NCBI RefSeq assembly: GCF_004010195.1
Contig: NC_057718.1
Location: forward strand, 32,922,727-32,986,726
Length of the DNA stretch: 64,000 bases
Direction of reading: 5' to 3'
Source of the DNA: Chiloscyllium plagiosum
Lineage: Eukaryota
Within the stretch, counting starts at the first letter, position 1. Every line of letters begins with the position of its first letter. A program made the position numbers and the translations under genes. This document shows positions 37,091 through 49,160 of this stretch, piece by piece. Under the pieces are notes generated by a model. That model saw only the letters and a program-made list of their open reading frames with translations. It was not told the DNA's origin and did not search any database.

Positions 37091-39930
37091 TGCTTCCAAT
37101 TAAACCTGTTGGACTATAACCTGGTGTTGTGTGATTTTTAACTAAGCATAAATTCAGATATACTATTTAGTTTGGGTGCAGTAACCATAACTGAGCACTA
37201 CTCGTTTGGTTTCATTACCAGGGAACTGATGCCATTTTGGACCTCTCAAGTTGTATCATAACTTCCTTCATTAAAAGGTATGGAATCTTCCGAGGTAAGT
37301 ATCAACATAATGGCTTAACATCTGTCTCAAGTGTGATGTTTTATTCAGTATTTAATTTCACTAAACCATAAACAATTTGAGGAAACCTTGTGTAAAGAAG
37401 CTCTTAAAGGTTTGCTGGTTGTCCTTTTTGACTTTTAAAGATGATTCAGGGCAATACAAGAGTGCTTAAAAGTGAAGACTCTTGATTGTGAAGTACATAA
37501 ACATGTTGTACCATCTGACACCCCCTGTGTTGCAAAGTTGGTTTCAGCCTACCTTTACTGAAGTGGCATATCTCCTGGATTACGTAGTTGTACTGCTATA
37601 GCTTGAAGATGCAATATAAAACAATAAAATGAACCTAGCCCTTGTACTGAGCATAAAATCAGTGAGGTGAACATCCCCATAAATATCTATGTCACCTATT
37701 TTCTCTAAAAATACCTTTCATTTTTATTGTAAGCTGTACTATCTCATGAAGTTCTATTTATGAGTAGCTATTTGATTTCTTAGTGCTTGGTGACTGTCCT
37801 TCTTCAGCATATTTCCTAAAGCTAACCCAGTGTTTTACAGTCAAGGTATTTTTTTAAAATGGCTGGGCACTGCTTCTGCCTTACTTGGTCCACAGTGCTG
37901 ATACTGACTTTTATTATCAGGTGTCCGTCATCTCTCTGAACTGTTGGCATTGATTTTCTGCTTTGGTTCTACATTTCTAAAATTTGTTGACCTTAATAAG
38001 CTTGCTAACTTTGCAAAAATATATTTGGCTTGTGATTTGTGTTACATTGTGTAACATGCACTGACTAGATCAGTAAATGGTTCGCAACCATTTGGAAAAT
38101 AGGACTATTACAATACAATTCATATTGTTCTATGTCATGATGATCCAGCTTGTAAGTCCATCAGTTAATAACATCAGGATGATAGGAGGGAGGTAAGATC
38201 CCTCTGTTCAATTTCACTGTGAGCAGACATATCAGAAATCAAGACATCCTAAATGATCAAAGAAACATCAGATGGAGTAATAGGTCCTGACATTGGACCT
38301 GGCATAATTGAAGATCTGGGTTCAGCCTATCTGGCTAACGCAATAATGCTAACCCATCTAAATCAAAGACTTAATTTCTTCTTTAGCTATCTGTGTCCCC
38401 TTCACCCCCGGCAAATTATCCACAGAGCAGAATTCTTTCTCACTGTCAATGACAACCCAACACTGCTGCGTTGTTCCATGACTGAATCTCTGTCATGTAC
38501 TTTCGACAAACTACCGATCAGACAGAAACTGTCAAGATATCCCATAATGTCAACTTGCAGTATGGGGCAGACAGTTCCATCCTGTAGCAAAGTGACCTAT
38601 TGCAACTGCGTCTACCTTAAGAATGTATAGTGGTGTGAAAATGGTGAGTTTGCATATTACTGCCCCTTTCTCAGTCAAGCAACTGCCTCCACTAAAGTAA
38701 TAGATGGTGTTGGAATCAGAGTTTGCAGATATTCTATTCCACTGCATCTCTGAATTTCTATTTTCTGTCTTTAAATAATGAGGAAAAAAAAGGCGTAATG
38801 ATAAAACCAAATGACCCTTCAAGCCCATTCATTTTACAGACCATGTACATTTAATATAATTAAAGACTGTTCCCATTTATTTTTCACAAAAACAGGTGGA
38901 AAGATCACTTGCATATTCATGCCCACTCAGTTGTGTGAAAGCACTTTCTCTAAAATTAGCAACCTAAAGAAGATTTGATATATTAAATAAGGATTATATG
39001 TGCGTGCAAATTTGCTGCATCTCTCAAAAATGTATATTAAACATGTTATGTGGAAAATACGTCTGAAGTATGGCTTTGAGTTTGAACCTGACCGTCAAAC
39101 CAATCTCACACATCACAGGATTTGGTATCCCCACCACACAATCCTGATACACTAGTTCCCTCCCAGACCTTCCCTTCTCCCACCCTGCCTCATATAAATG
39201 GGGGGTCAATCGTTATTTGCTTTCCTGAAGCCAGTGGCTGTTTTCACTCACAACAACAATAACAGGAAGTGGACTGAAATTGGAAGTTAATTGGCCCAGA
39301 CGTTAAAATAGACCACATGTTTGTATTGCTGTAGGTAAATTTCTTACCCACTTATCAAAGATCAAATTTCAAGCACTTCATTAATTCTGTTGAATTAGTT
39401 TTCATTGGCTCAGAAACTATAACCAATATTTCTTTTTGACAGCTATTACATTGTATGCTTTACATCTCATTCTACTGTGCAGTTGTGGATGAATGAAATA
39501 CACTCAGATTGTGTGACTCAGTTCCTGCTGTAAAATTATAACAAGTCAGAGCAGGTTTTGCAGTTTTAAAGAAGACCAAGTTATCGGCGTTTGCTGTCAT
39601 TACTCTGTGAAAGTGACAGCAACACGTAACAAGTAATTTAAAACAAAAAAGCAGAATGATCATGGTTATAAAAAACTATAATTTCTACATTAATCTGCAA
39701 ATTTTAGCCCATTAGCTCTTCAGTATGCGATCTGGCCTTCCGTTGTACATTAAAATGGCATCCTTTGTAACATACATATTTTGCTTTTCAAGGTAAAATG
39801 TGCATCACAATACTTACTTTTTTATAGCCTGATAGCACGCTGAAAGCCATAAGCTTTTCCTTAACTAACTTTATACCTGTTATGACACATGTCAACAAAT
39901 GTAAAAAAAATTGTTTGACACCTTACTAAC

Positions 39931-39986
39931 CTTGCCAGTTTGCTTAGTCCGACCACTCTCTTATTCGGTAGGTAACCTATGTGTAC
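39931..39986 (-). CDS. GCH1-like: GTP cyclohydrolase I coding exon 3
   Basis: tag|...|gt, 56 bp = VHIGYLPNKRVVGLSKLA(R). Confidence 0.97.
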
Positions 39987-40384
39987 CTAAGGTGAGAAAT
40001 AAAATGGTAAGAATTAAGAAATGCCCATGTGCCCTCAACTGACGTAAAACACATTTCTGATGAAGGCTTTAGTCCTGTGAAATGTTGGATTTGTGAACAA
40101 GATGAGATGAAATGAAGAAACTCTGACTGAATGCAAAAAATGCTAGAACAGTTGATCAATACTGGCTTTTGATGGCCAGATATTCAAAGTAAATGCACTG
40201 GTGTTGTTATAGCAACCCCATGCCCATGCTGCAGTTCAGAAATTATTATTTTACTGGACAGATTGTCAGATGTCCTAATAATGCCTGCCATTTCCTGCCC
40301 TTCACATTTTGCACCTCCAGGTGTCTTGAGATCCACACATAATGAAAATTGTTCAGGGCATAACATACCTAATATACAGAAGGC

Positions 40385-40575
40385 AGACCACTGTAGATGC
40401 TGAGATAAAAACAGAAGATGATGGAAATGCATAGCAGGTCAGGCAGCATCTACAGAGAGAGCTAGGAGGATGGGAGGACTGCAGATGCTGGAGATCAAAG
40501 TAGATGGTGTGGTGCTGGAAAAGCACAGCAGGTCAGGCAGCATCTGAGGAGCAGGAGAATTGATGAGAATTGACA
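40385..40575 (-). mobile_element. Two tandem PLE terminal-repeat fragments
   Basis: ctgcagatgctggagatc...gctggaaaagcacagcaggtcaggcagcatc, shared with 19326 and 53580. Confidence 0.7.
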
Positions 40576-40576
40576 G

Positions 40577-41380
40577 CCCTACCAACCATCAAACCAAAAA
40601 TCTGGATCTGCCACGTAGATGACACCTTTGTCATCATAAAATGAAACAAGATAGAAGAGACATTTTAACATCATCAACAACACCCTCACAGGCATAAAGT
40701 TCACCAAGGAGGAAGAAACCGACAACAAACTCGCATTCCTGGACGTCACAGTCGAAAGAAAGGACAGAAAACTGACCAAATACAGAAAACTGACCAAATA
40801 CTTAACTACACCAGCAGCCATCCCAACACACACAAACGAAACTGTATCAGAACACGATTCCAACGAGCCACCACACACTGCACCACAGACGAACTTCGGA
40901 AAACAGAGGAGAACCACCTATACAATGTATTCAAGAAGAACAGAAACTCAAAAAATACAGTGCACAGATTCCTCAAGAACAAACCACGACAAGCAGACCA
41001 AACACAGTCAGAAACCCTAACCACCTTACCATACATCAAAGAGATTTCAGAAATGACAGCCAGACTACTAAGACCCCTTGGAATCCTAGCAGCACACAAA
41101 CCCACCAATACTCTCAAACAAAAACTAACAAACTTAAAAGACCCAGCACAGCCCACGAACAAAACCAACATCATCTACAAAATTCCATGCAAGGACTGCC
41201 ACAAACACTANNNNNNNNNNNNNNNNNNNNNNNNNNNNNNNNNNNNNNNNNNNNNNAGGTCGCCACTGATGATGTTACCTAGCCAGGTAATGAAACATCT
41301 GATATCAAACCTACAGCTCAGCGAGCAAACCTACACCCTAAACCTCAACCTGAGCTACAAACCTTCACAAACCTTGCAAG
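40577..41380 (+). mobile_element. Penelope/Poseidon-type PLE relic (RT C-terminus, GIY-YIG start, terminal repeat); gap 41211-41256
   Basis: YVDDTFVI, IKFTKEEE...LAFLDVTV, LPYIKEISE and IYKIPCKDCHKHY motifs; hammerhead at 41264-41301. Confidence 0.9.
41264..41301 (+). ncRNA. Minimal hammerhead ribozyme motif (PLE-associated)
   Basis: CA-CUGAUGA-u-GUUACCU-agcc-AGGUAAU-GAAA-ca-UC-UG: intact core, 7-bp stem II, UC cleavage site. Confidence 0.75.
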
Positions 41381-41632
41381 GACATTGAATAATTACGCCA
41401 TCAAAAACAGCAGTGGAGTCAGAAAGTATAACAGTTTCTGTGGCGAAAGTGCATAAATATTTGAAAAAGAAAAGAACACTGGGAGAGGCACATAAGTGGA
41501 CAAAGTAGATATTGTTGACTGAGGGGCAGTCTGGAGCAGAGAGTCAAAATCTCTCTTTTCAAGCTGCTGAAGAATATTACTTTGTGAATTACTTTGCATC
41601 ATATACTAACCTTTCTTACATCATATACTAAC

Positions 41633-41742
41633 CTTTCCAAAAAATGGAACTAAATGATGTTCGCAAAGTGAGAACATATCGATATCTTTCACAATTACTA
41701 CTTCATCGTGGTCCTCATCAAATATAGCATCATTCAGAATGT
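41633..41742 (-). CDS. GCH1-like: GTP cyclohydrolase I (GCH1-like, probably the gch2 paralogue), coding exon 2
   Basis: cag|AC ATT CTG AAT GAT GCT...GGA AAG|gt, 110 bp = (D)[36 protein letters not shown]; contains the Zn-binding CEHH motif. Confidence 0.97.
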
Positions 41743-41934
41743 CTGAAAACGACAGAAAGAAAGTCCAGAATAGGTGTTAAAGCTAAGATAAAATTAATCA
41801 TTTATTTCTAGTTTGTTTTACACTTAATGAACATATCAATGCTTTCTACTAAAAGTTAAATCAGCATCAAACTGATAACATTACATATTAAATGTAAAAC
41901 AAACATAAAACAATGTGTTTCAGTTTAAATGAAA

Positions 41935-42165
41935 ACAAAATACTGCAGATACTGAAAATATGAAATAAAAAGCATATGCAGGAAAAATTCTGCAGGTCTG
42001 GCAGCATCTATGGAGAGAGAAAAATAATGATTCAAATCTAATGTGACTCTTCTTCAGAACCGTAAAAACAGAAGGGAGACCGTATCAGAATCTGAAGTGT
42101 TAACACTGTTTCTTTCTCCACAGATACTATCAGACCTGCTGAGTTTCTCCAATATTTTCTCTTTA
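41935..42165. mobile_element. Decayed fold-back PLE terminus
   Basis: gcaggtctggcagcatctatggagaga / tttctccacagatactatcagacctgc inverted arms. Confidence 0.6.
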
Positions 42166-42898
42166 CTGAAATTCCACCTTTTAGAGTCTAATAATTTTGT
42201 TAAATATTTCTCAGCAGTGGACTCTAAGAGGTCATACTCAGGACAAGGTTAGAAATTGTGAACAAACATTGACAGACCAATAATCTGCAAACACAGTCTA
42301 TGTTCTAGGCACCAAGTCAAATCATTAAGAAATAAAATACTGGCAAACACATTTTTTGAAAGCATGACTATTATGACACTATGTTTTTCTCAACGATTAT
42401 ACCAATGTTAGTCCAATGATAGAGGATACAAGTAACATCCCAGACACAGTGATAAATCAAGAAATAGAAGGAAGGGGGAACTCGGCAAAATGACAATCAC
42501 TGGAGAAGTGGAATTGAGTAAGAGATTGGAGCTTCATGCTGGCTAATTCCCTTGTCCTAATGGACTTCATTCCAAAATACCATAAGGACATAGGAGCCTA
42601 ATTAGGACATTTGGCCTACCAGGTCTGCCTCACCATTTGATCATGATCATTATGGTTCTCAACTCCATTCTCCTGCCTTCTCCCTATAACCCTTGATTCC
42701 AAGGTCTTAAAAAGGTGTAGCTAGTGAGATAGTTAATGCATTGATTTTAATATTCCAAAACTTCATTTATTCAAGAGCAGTCCCATTTGCTTTGAAGATA
42801 GAGAATATAACTTGTTTATGAATAAAAGGAGAGAGAAAGCAGGAAACTATTAGCTTAACATCTATCAAAAGAAAATTGTTATATGCTATAACAGGGTA

Positions 42899-43255
42899 CA
42901 GGTAGACAACCCTTTATCCAAAATCCCGAAAACCAAAAAGCTCCAGAATCCGAAGGTTTTTTTGTGAAGTTTTTATCTCATTAACAAGGTTGTTTGGCAT
43001 GCAAACGGTTAACCCAACACCACAACCACTCAATGCACGTCACTCTGATGTGACGCTGGGGTGTGGGGGAAAACATGGCCCATCACTGGCAGTCCTCAAT
43101 TTTGTCTTAGGGACTCTTACTCACACTGAGTCTGCTGTTTGGTAAGATTTTTTTAAAATTTCACTGTTGAGCTGTCACTTATTCCAAAGTTCAAAAAATT
43201 CCGAATTCCAAAAACCAGCTGGTCCCAAGCATTTCGGATAAAGGATTGTGTACTT
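42899..43255. mobile_element. Tigger/pogo-like MITE
   Basis: TIRs caggtagacaaccctttatccaaaat / atttcggataaaggattgtgtactt, preceded by TA. Confidence 0.75.
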
Positions 43256-45010
43256 AGAGTCATAGAGAAGTACAACATGGAAACAGACCCTTCAGTCCAA
43301 CCTGTCCATGCCGACCAGATATCCCAACCCAATCTAGTCCCACCTGCCAGCACCCGGCCCATATCCCTCCAAACCCTTCCTATTCATATACCCATCCAAA
43401 TGCTTCTTAAATGCTGCAATTGTACCAGCCTCCACCACAACCTCTGGCAGCTCATTCCATACACATACCATCCTCTGTGTGAAAAAGCTGCCCCTTTCAC
43501 CCCTCTCACCCTAAACCTATGCCCTCTAGTTCTGGACTCCCCGACCCCAGGGAAAAGACTTTGCCTATTTATCTTATCCATGCCCCTCATAATTTTGTAA
43601 ACCTCTATAAGGTCACCCCTCAGCCTCCGATGCTCCAGGGAAAACAGCCCCAGCCTGTTCAGCTCAAATCCTCCAACCCTAGCAACATCCTTGCCAATCT
43701 TTTCTGAACCCTTTCAAGTTTCACAACATCGTTCAGATAGGAAGGAGACCAGAATTGCATGCAATATTCCTAACCAATGTCCTGTACAGCCACAACATGA
43801 CCTCCCAATTCCTATAGTCAATACTATGACCAATAAAGGAAAACATACCAAACAATTTCTTCACTATCCTATCTACCTATGACTCCACTTTCAAGGTCTC
43901 TTTGTTCAGCAACACTCCCTAGACCTGTGCTCCCTGTATTCCATGAGATCTATTCTTGCTAATCAGTCTCCCAATGGGAACCTTGTCGAACGCCTTATTG
44001 AAGTCCATATAGATCACATCTACTGCTTTGCCCTCATCAATCTTCTTTGTTACCTCTTTGAAAAACTCAATCACGTTTGTGAGATATGATTTCCCACACA
44101 CAAAGCCATGTTGACTATCCTGAATCAGTCCTTGCCTTTCCAAATAAATGTACAACCTGTCCCTCAGGATTCCCTCCAACAACTTGCCCACCACTGAGGT
44201 CAGGCTCACTGGTCTATAGTTTCCTGACTTGTCTTTACCACCCTTCTTAAACAGTGGCACCACGTTTGCCAACCTCCAGTCTTCTGGCACCTCACCTGTG
44301 ACTATCGATGATACAAATTTCTCAGCAACAGGCCCAGCAATCACTTCTCTAGCTTCCCAGAGTTCTGGGGTACACCTGATCAGGTCCTGGAGATTTATCC
44401 ACCTTTATCCATTTCAAGACATCCAGCACTTCCTCCTCTGTAATATGGACATTTTTCAAGGTGTCACCATCTATTTCCCTACATTCTATATCTTCTGTCC
44501 TTTTCCACAGTAAACATTGATGCAAAATACTCATTTAGTATCTGCCCTATCTCCTACAGCTCCACACAAAAGCCGCCTTTGAGGGGCCTATTCACTCTCT
44601 AATTACTCTTTTGTCCTTAATGTATTTGTAAAAACCTGTTTGATTCTCCTTAACACTATTTGCCAAAGCTATCTCATGTTCCCTTTTTGCCCTCCTGATT
44701 TCCCTCTTAAATATACTCCTATTGTCTTTATACTCGATCTAACTGTCTATACTTGACATATCTCCTACTTCCTTTATACTCTAAGGATTCACTCAATCTA
44801 TCCTGTCTATACCGGACATATGCTTCCTTCTTTTTCTTAACCAAACCCTCAATTTCTTTAGTCATCCAGCATTCGCTATACCTACCAGCCTTCCCTTTCA
44901 CCCTGACAGGAATATACTTTCTCTGGATATCTCATTTCTGAAGGCTTGCCATTTTCTAGCCGTCCCTTTATCTGCGAACATCTGCCTCCAATCAGCTTTC
45001 GATAGTTCTT
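43256..45010 (-). mobile_element. CR1 LINE ORF2 (internally deleted)
   Basis: KSPGPDQVYPR, VPEDWRLANVVPLFKKG...NYRPVSLTSVVGKLLE...SQHGF...DFNKAFDKVP; ctctatgactct tail. Confidence 0.93.
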
Positions 45011-45029
45011 AAGAACTTTTTTGTACTTG

Positions 45030-47085
45030 TATTAAAGGTAATTAGGCAGAGTCAACATGGTTTTGAGAAAGGGACCATAGTTCTTTGAGGAGGTAACACA
45101 TGGTGTGGATAAAGGAGAACCAGTGTATGTACTGTATTTAAATTTGCAAAAGGCATTTGATAAAATGCCATCACATCGATTGTTATTGCAGCTATTGCTG
45201 ATGAAGTATGGTGTAACGTAACATTGATAGAAAGTTGGCTGGCTAAGTGGAAGCAGATAGTAGTTGTAAATGGATCTTTTCTCAGATTGGCAAGATGTAA
45301 CAAATGGTGTGCCACTGGGCACATAAGTAATTTTGATGCAAGGAAAGAATGTATGTTTGCCAAAATTTCTGATGCCACAAATAAAGGGAGGAAAATAAGT
45401 TATAGAGTCATAGAAATGTACAGCATGGAAACAGACCCTTCGGTCCAACCCGTCCATGCCGACCAGATATCCCAACCCAATCTAGGAGATAAATAACGCA
45501 TATATACGTTAAGTGAGTGAGCAAAGATTAGGCAAATGGTGTATAATGTGGGCAAATATAATATTGTTCATTTTGACAGGAAGCATAAAAAGGAAACATA
45601 TTATCCGGATGGTGAGAGATCGCAGAACTCTGAGAAGCAGAGGGAACTGGGTGTCCTCATACATGAATTGCAAAAGGTTAGTATGCAGGTATGGCAGGTA
45701 ATTAGGAAAGCTAGTTGAATGTTATTTATTGCAAAAGGAATTGAATAAAAAAAGTAGGAAATTATGCTTAGTTATGCAGAGCATTGGTACGACCACATCT
45801 GGGAGTGCCGTGCACATTATTAATCTTCATATTTCAAGAAGGATTCAATTGCATTCGGAGCTTTGCTAGGCTGATGCCTGAAATGTGTAGGTTATCTTAT
45901 GATGAAAAGTTGTACAGGCTAGGCTTGTATCTGCTGGAGTTTCAAACCATAAGAGGTGATTTAATTGAAACAAAATATTGAAATGTTTGGAGGGGGTGTA
46001 TATGGAGAGGATGTTTCCTCTTGCAGGAGAACCTAGAGCTAGGAGTCACTGTTAAAAATCAGGTCGCCATTTAACACAAAGATTAGTCAAAAAAAAATTC
46101 TCAGATGGTCATTAGTCTTTGCAACTCTTTGCAAAGATGGTAGAAGCAGGGACCTTACATCATTTTAAAGGCAGAGATAGATAGATTCTTGTTAAGCAAG
46201 TAGGTTGAAAAGTTATTGGGCTAGGTGGCAATGCTGACTTCAATCAAATCAGATGAGAATATAGGAGGCATGGTTCATAAGTTTGCAGATGACATGAAAT
46301 TTGGTGGTACAGTCGACAGTGAAGAAGCTAATCTAAGATTACAAAGGGATCTTGATCAATTTGGCCAATGGGTTGAGTGGCAGGTGGAGTTTAAGTTGGA
46401 CAAATGTGAGGTATTGCTTTTTGGAAAAACAAACAAGGGGGCAATTACACAGTTAATAGTCGGGCCTTGGTCATGCTGTCAAACAGAGAGACCTAGGAGT
46501 TCAGCCACATAGTTCTTTGAAAGTGGCATCACAGGTAGACAGGGTGGTTAGGAAGACGTTTAGCACACTTCTTTTCATTGCTCAGATCATGAAGTATAGG
46601 AGACGGGACATCATGTTGAGGTTGTACAGGACATTGGTGAGGCCACTTTTGAAATACTGTGTACAGTTCTGGTTGCCCTCCTATAGGAAAAAACATTATT
46701 AAATTTAAGAGGGTGCAAACAAGATTTACCTGGATGTTTTTGGAACTGAAGGGTGTGAGTTAGAAGGAAAGGCTGGATAAGCTGGGATATTTTTCACTGG
46801 AAAGTAGAAGGTTGAGGGATGACCTTATAGACGTTTATAGAATTATGAGAGGATAGGGTGAATACCCAAGGGCTTTCTCATAGGATTGGGGAGTTCAGAA
46901 CTAAAGGGCATAGGTTTAAAGTGAGGGGGGAAAGATTTAAAAAGGACTTGAGGAGTCACCTTTTCACACAGAGGGTGCTGCATGTATGGAATGAGGGTAG
47001 AGGCAGATACAATTACAACATTTAGAAGAATCTGGATAGTTTTATGTATATGAACGGAGGGATATGCATCAAATGCAGGCAAGTG
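45030..47085 (+). mobile_element. Stack of decayed CR1 ORF2 fragments, with a short inverted CR1 tail at about 45403-45484
   Basis: KAFDK, KFADDMKFGG, RPLLKYCVQFW motifs; boundaries approximate. Confidence 0.8.
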
Positions 47086-47429
47086 TATTTGGAAAGACAA
47101 GGACTGATTAGGGAAAGTCAACATGGCTTTATGCATGGGAAGTTATGTCTCACAAATCTGATTGAGTCTTTTGAAGAAGTAACCATAAGACCATAAGACA
47201 TAGGAGCGGAAGTAAGGCCATTCGGCCCATCGAGTCCACTCCACCATTCAATCAAGGCTGATGGGCATTTCAACTCCACTTACCCGCATTCTCCCCGTAG
47301 CCCTTAATTCCTTGTGACATCAAGAATTTATCAATCTCTGCCTTGAAGACATTTAGCGTCCCAGCCTCCACTGCACTCTGCGGCAATGAATTCCACAGGC
47401 CCACCACTCTCTGGCTGAAGAAATATCTC

Positions 47430-47924
47430 NNNNNNNNNNNNNNNNNNNNNNNNNNNNNNNNNNNNNNNNNNNNNNNNNNNNNNNNNNNNNNNNNNNNNNN
47501 NNNNNNNNNNNNNNNNNNNNNNNNNNNNNNNNNNNNNNNNNNNNNNNNNNNNNNNNNNNNNNNNNNNNNNNNNNNNNNNNNNNNNNNNNNNNNNNNNNNN
47601 NNNNNNNNNNNNNNNNNNNNNNNNNNNNNNNNNNNNNNNNNNNNNNNNNNNNNNNNNNNNNNNNNNNNNNNNNNNNNNNNNNNNNNNNNNNNNNNNNNNN
47701 NNNNNNNNNNNNNNNNNNNNNNNNNNNNNNNNNNNNNNNNNNNNNNNNNNNNNNNNNNNNNNNNNNNNNNNNNNNNNNNNNNNNNNNNNNNNNNNNNNNN
47801 NNNNNNNNNNNNNNNNNNNNNNNNNNNNNNNNNNNNNNNNNNNNNNNNNNNNNNNNNNNNNNNNNNNNNNNNNNNNNNNNNNNNNNNNNNNNNNNNNNNN
47901 NNNNNNNNNNNNNNNNNNNNNNNN
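47430..47924. other. Assembly gap (others at 9568-9580, 15135-15468 and 41211-41256)
   Basis: Runs of N. Confidence 1.
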
Positions 47925-48890
47925 GATGATGTAGAGTCTGTGTGGGTGGAATTGAGGAACCACAAAGGCAAAAAAACCATAGTGCAAGTTATGTATAGAC
48001 CTCCTAACAGTGGTCAGGACCAGGGGCGCAACATGTACCGGGAAATAGAGAAGGCATGTCAGAAAGGCAAGGTCACAGTGATCATGGGAGACTTCAATAT
48101 GCAGGCGGACTGGGTAAATAATGTTGCCAGTGGATCCAAAGAAAGGGAATTCATGGAATGCTTACAGAATGGCTTTTTGGAACAGCTTGTCAAGTAACAA
48201 AGAGAATTGATGAGGGCAGAGCAGTAGTTGTGAAATATATGAACTTTAGTAAGGCATTCAACAAGGTTCCCTAAGGGAGACTGGTGAGCAAGGTTAGATC
48301 TCATGGAATACAGGGAGAACTAGCCATTTGGATACAGAATTGGCTCAAAGGTAGAAGACAGAGGGTGATGGTGGCGGGTTGTTTTTCAGACTGGAGGCCT
48401 GTGACCAGTGGAGTGCCACAAGGATCAGTGCTGGGTCCACTACTTTTTGTCATTTATATCAATGATTTGGATGTGAGCATAAGAGGTATAGTTATTAAGT
48501 TTGCTGATGACACCAAAATTGGAGGTGTAGTGGACAGTGAAGGTTATCTCAGATTATAACGGGATCTTGATCAGATGGGTCTATGGGTTGAGAAGTGGCA
48601 GATGGAGTTTAATTTAGATAAATGTGAGGTGCTGCATTTTGGGAAAGCAAATCTTAGCAGGACTTATACACTTATTGGTAAGGTCCTCGGGAGTGTTGGT
48701 GAACAAAGAGACCTTGGAGTCCAGGTTCATAGCCCCTTGAAAGTGGAGTCGCAGGTAGATAAGATATTGAAGGCGGCGTTTGGTATGCTTTCCTTTATTG
48801 GTCAGAGTATTGAGTACAGGAGGTGGGAGGTCATGTTGCGGCTGTACAGGACATTGGTTAGGCCATTGTTGGAATATTGTATGCAATTAT

Positions 48891-49160
48891 GGGCGGCCTG
48901 GTGGCACAGTGGTTAGCACTGCTACCTCACAGCGCCAGAGACCTGGATTCAATTCCCGCCTCAGGAAACTGTCTGTGTGAAGTTCACACATTCTCCATAT
49001 GTCTGCGTGGGTTTCCTCCGGGTGCTCCGGTTTCCTCCCACAGTCCAAAAATGTGCAGGTTAAGTGAATTGCCTGTAGTGTTAGGTGAAGGGGTAAATGT
49101 AGGGGAATGGGTCTGGGTTGCCGAAGGGCCTGTTTCCACACTGAAAGTAATCTAATCTAA
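48891..49160 (+). mobile_element. HE1-like SINE
   Basis: Same head, body and (taatc)n tail as 36728-37051. Confidence 0.9.

Larger units (their letters stand above)
35760..37143 (+). mobile_element. 5'-truncated Penelope-like element with inverted terminal repeat, GIY-YIG C-terminus, (CA)n and hammerhead
   Basis: RMNGHR...LPVGEHF...RLIAKFGTHREGLNRDLGFMSHYR* (frameshifted); inverted terminus 35760-35905; cataaattca direct repeats at 35750 and 37147. Confidence 0.88.

Noticed and set aside
47270..48197. Long ORFs of 218-284 aa (also 14997-15527)
   Set aside because: Artefacts of translating through N-gaps
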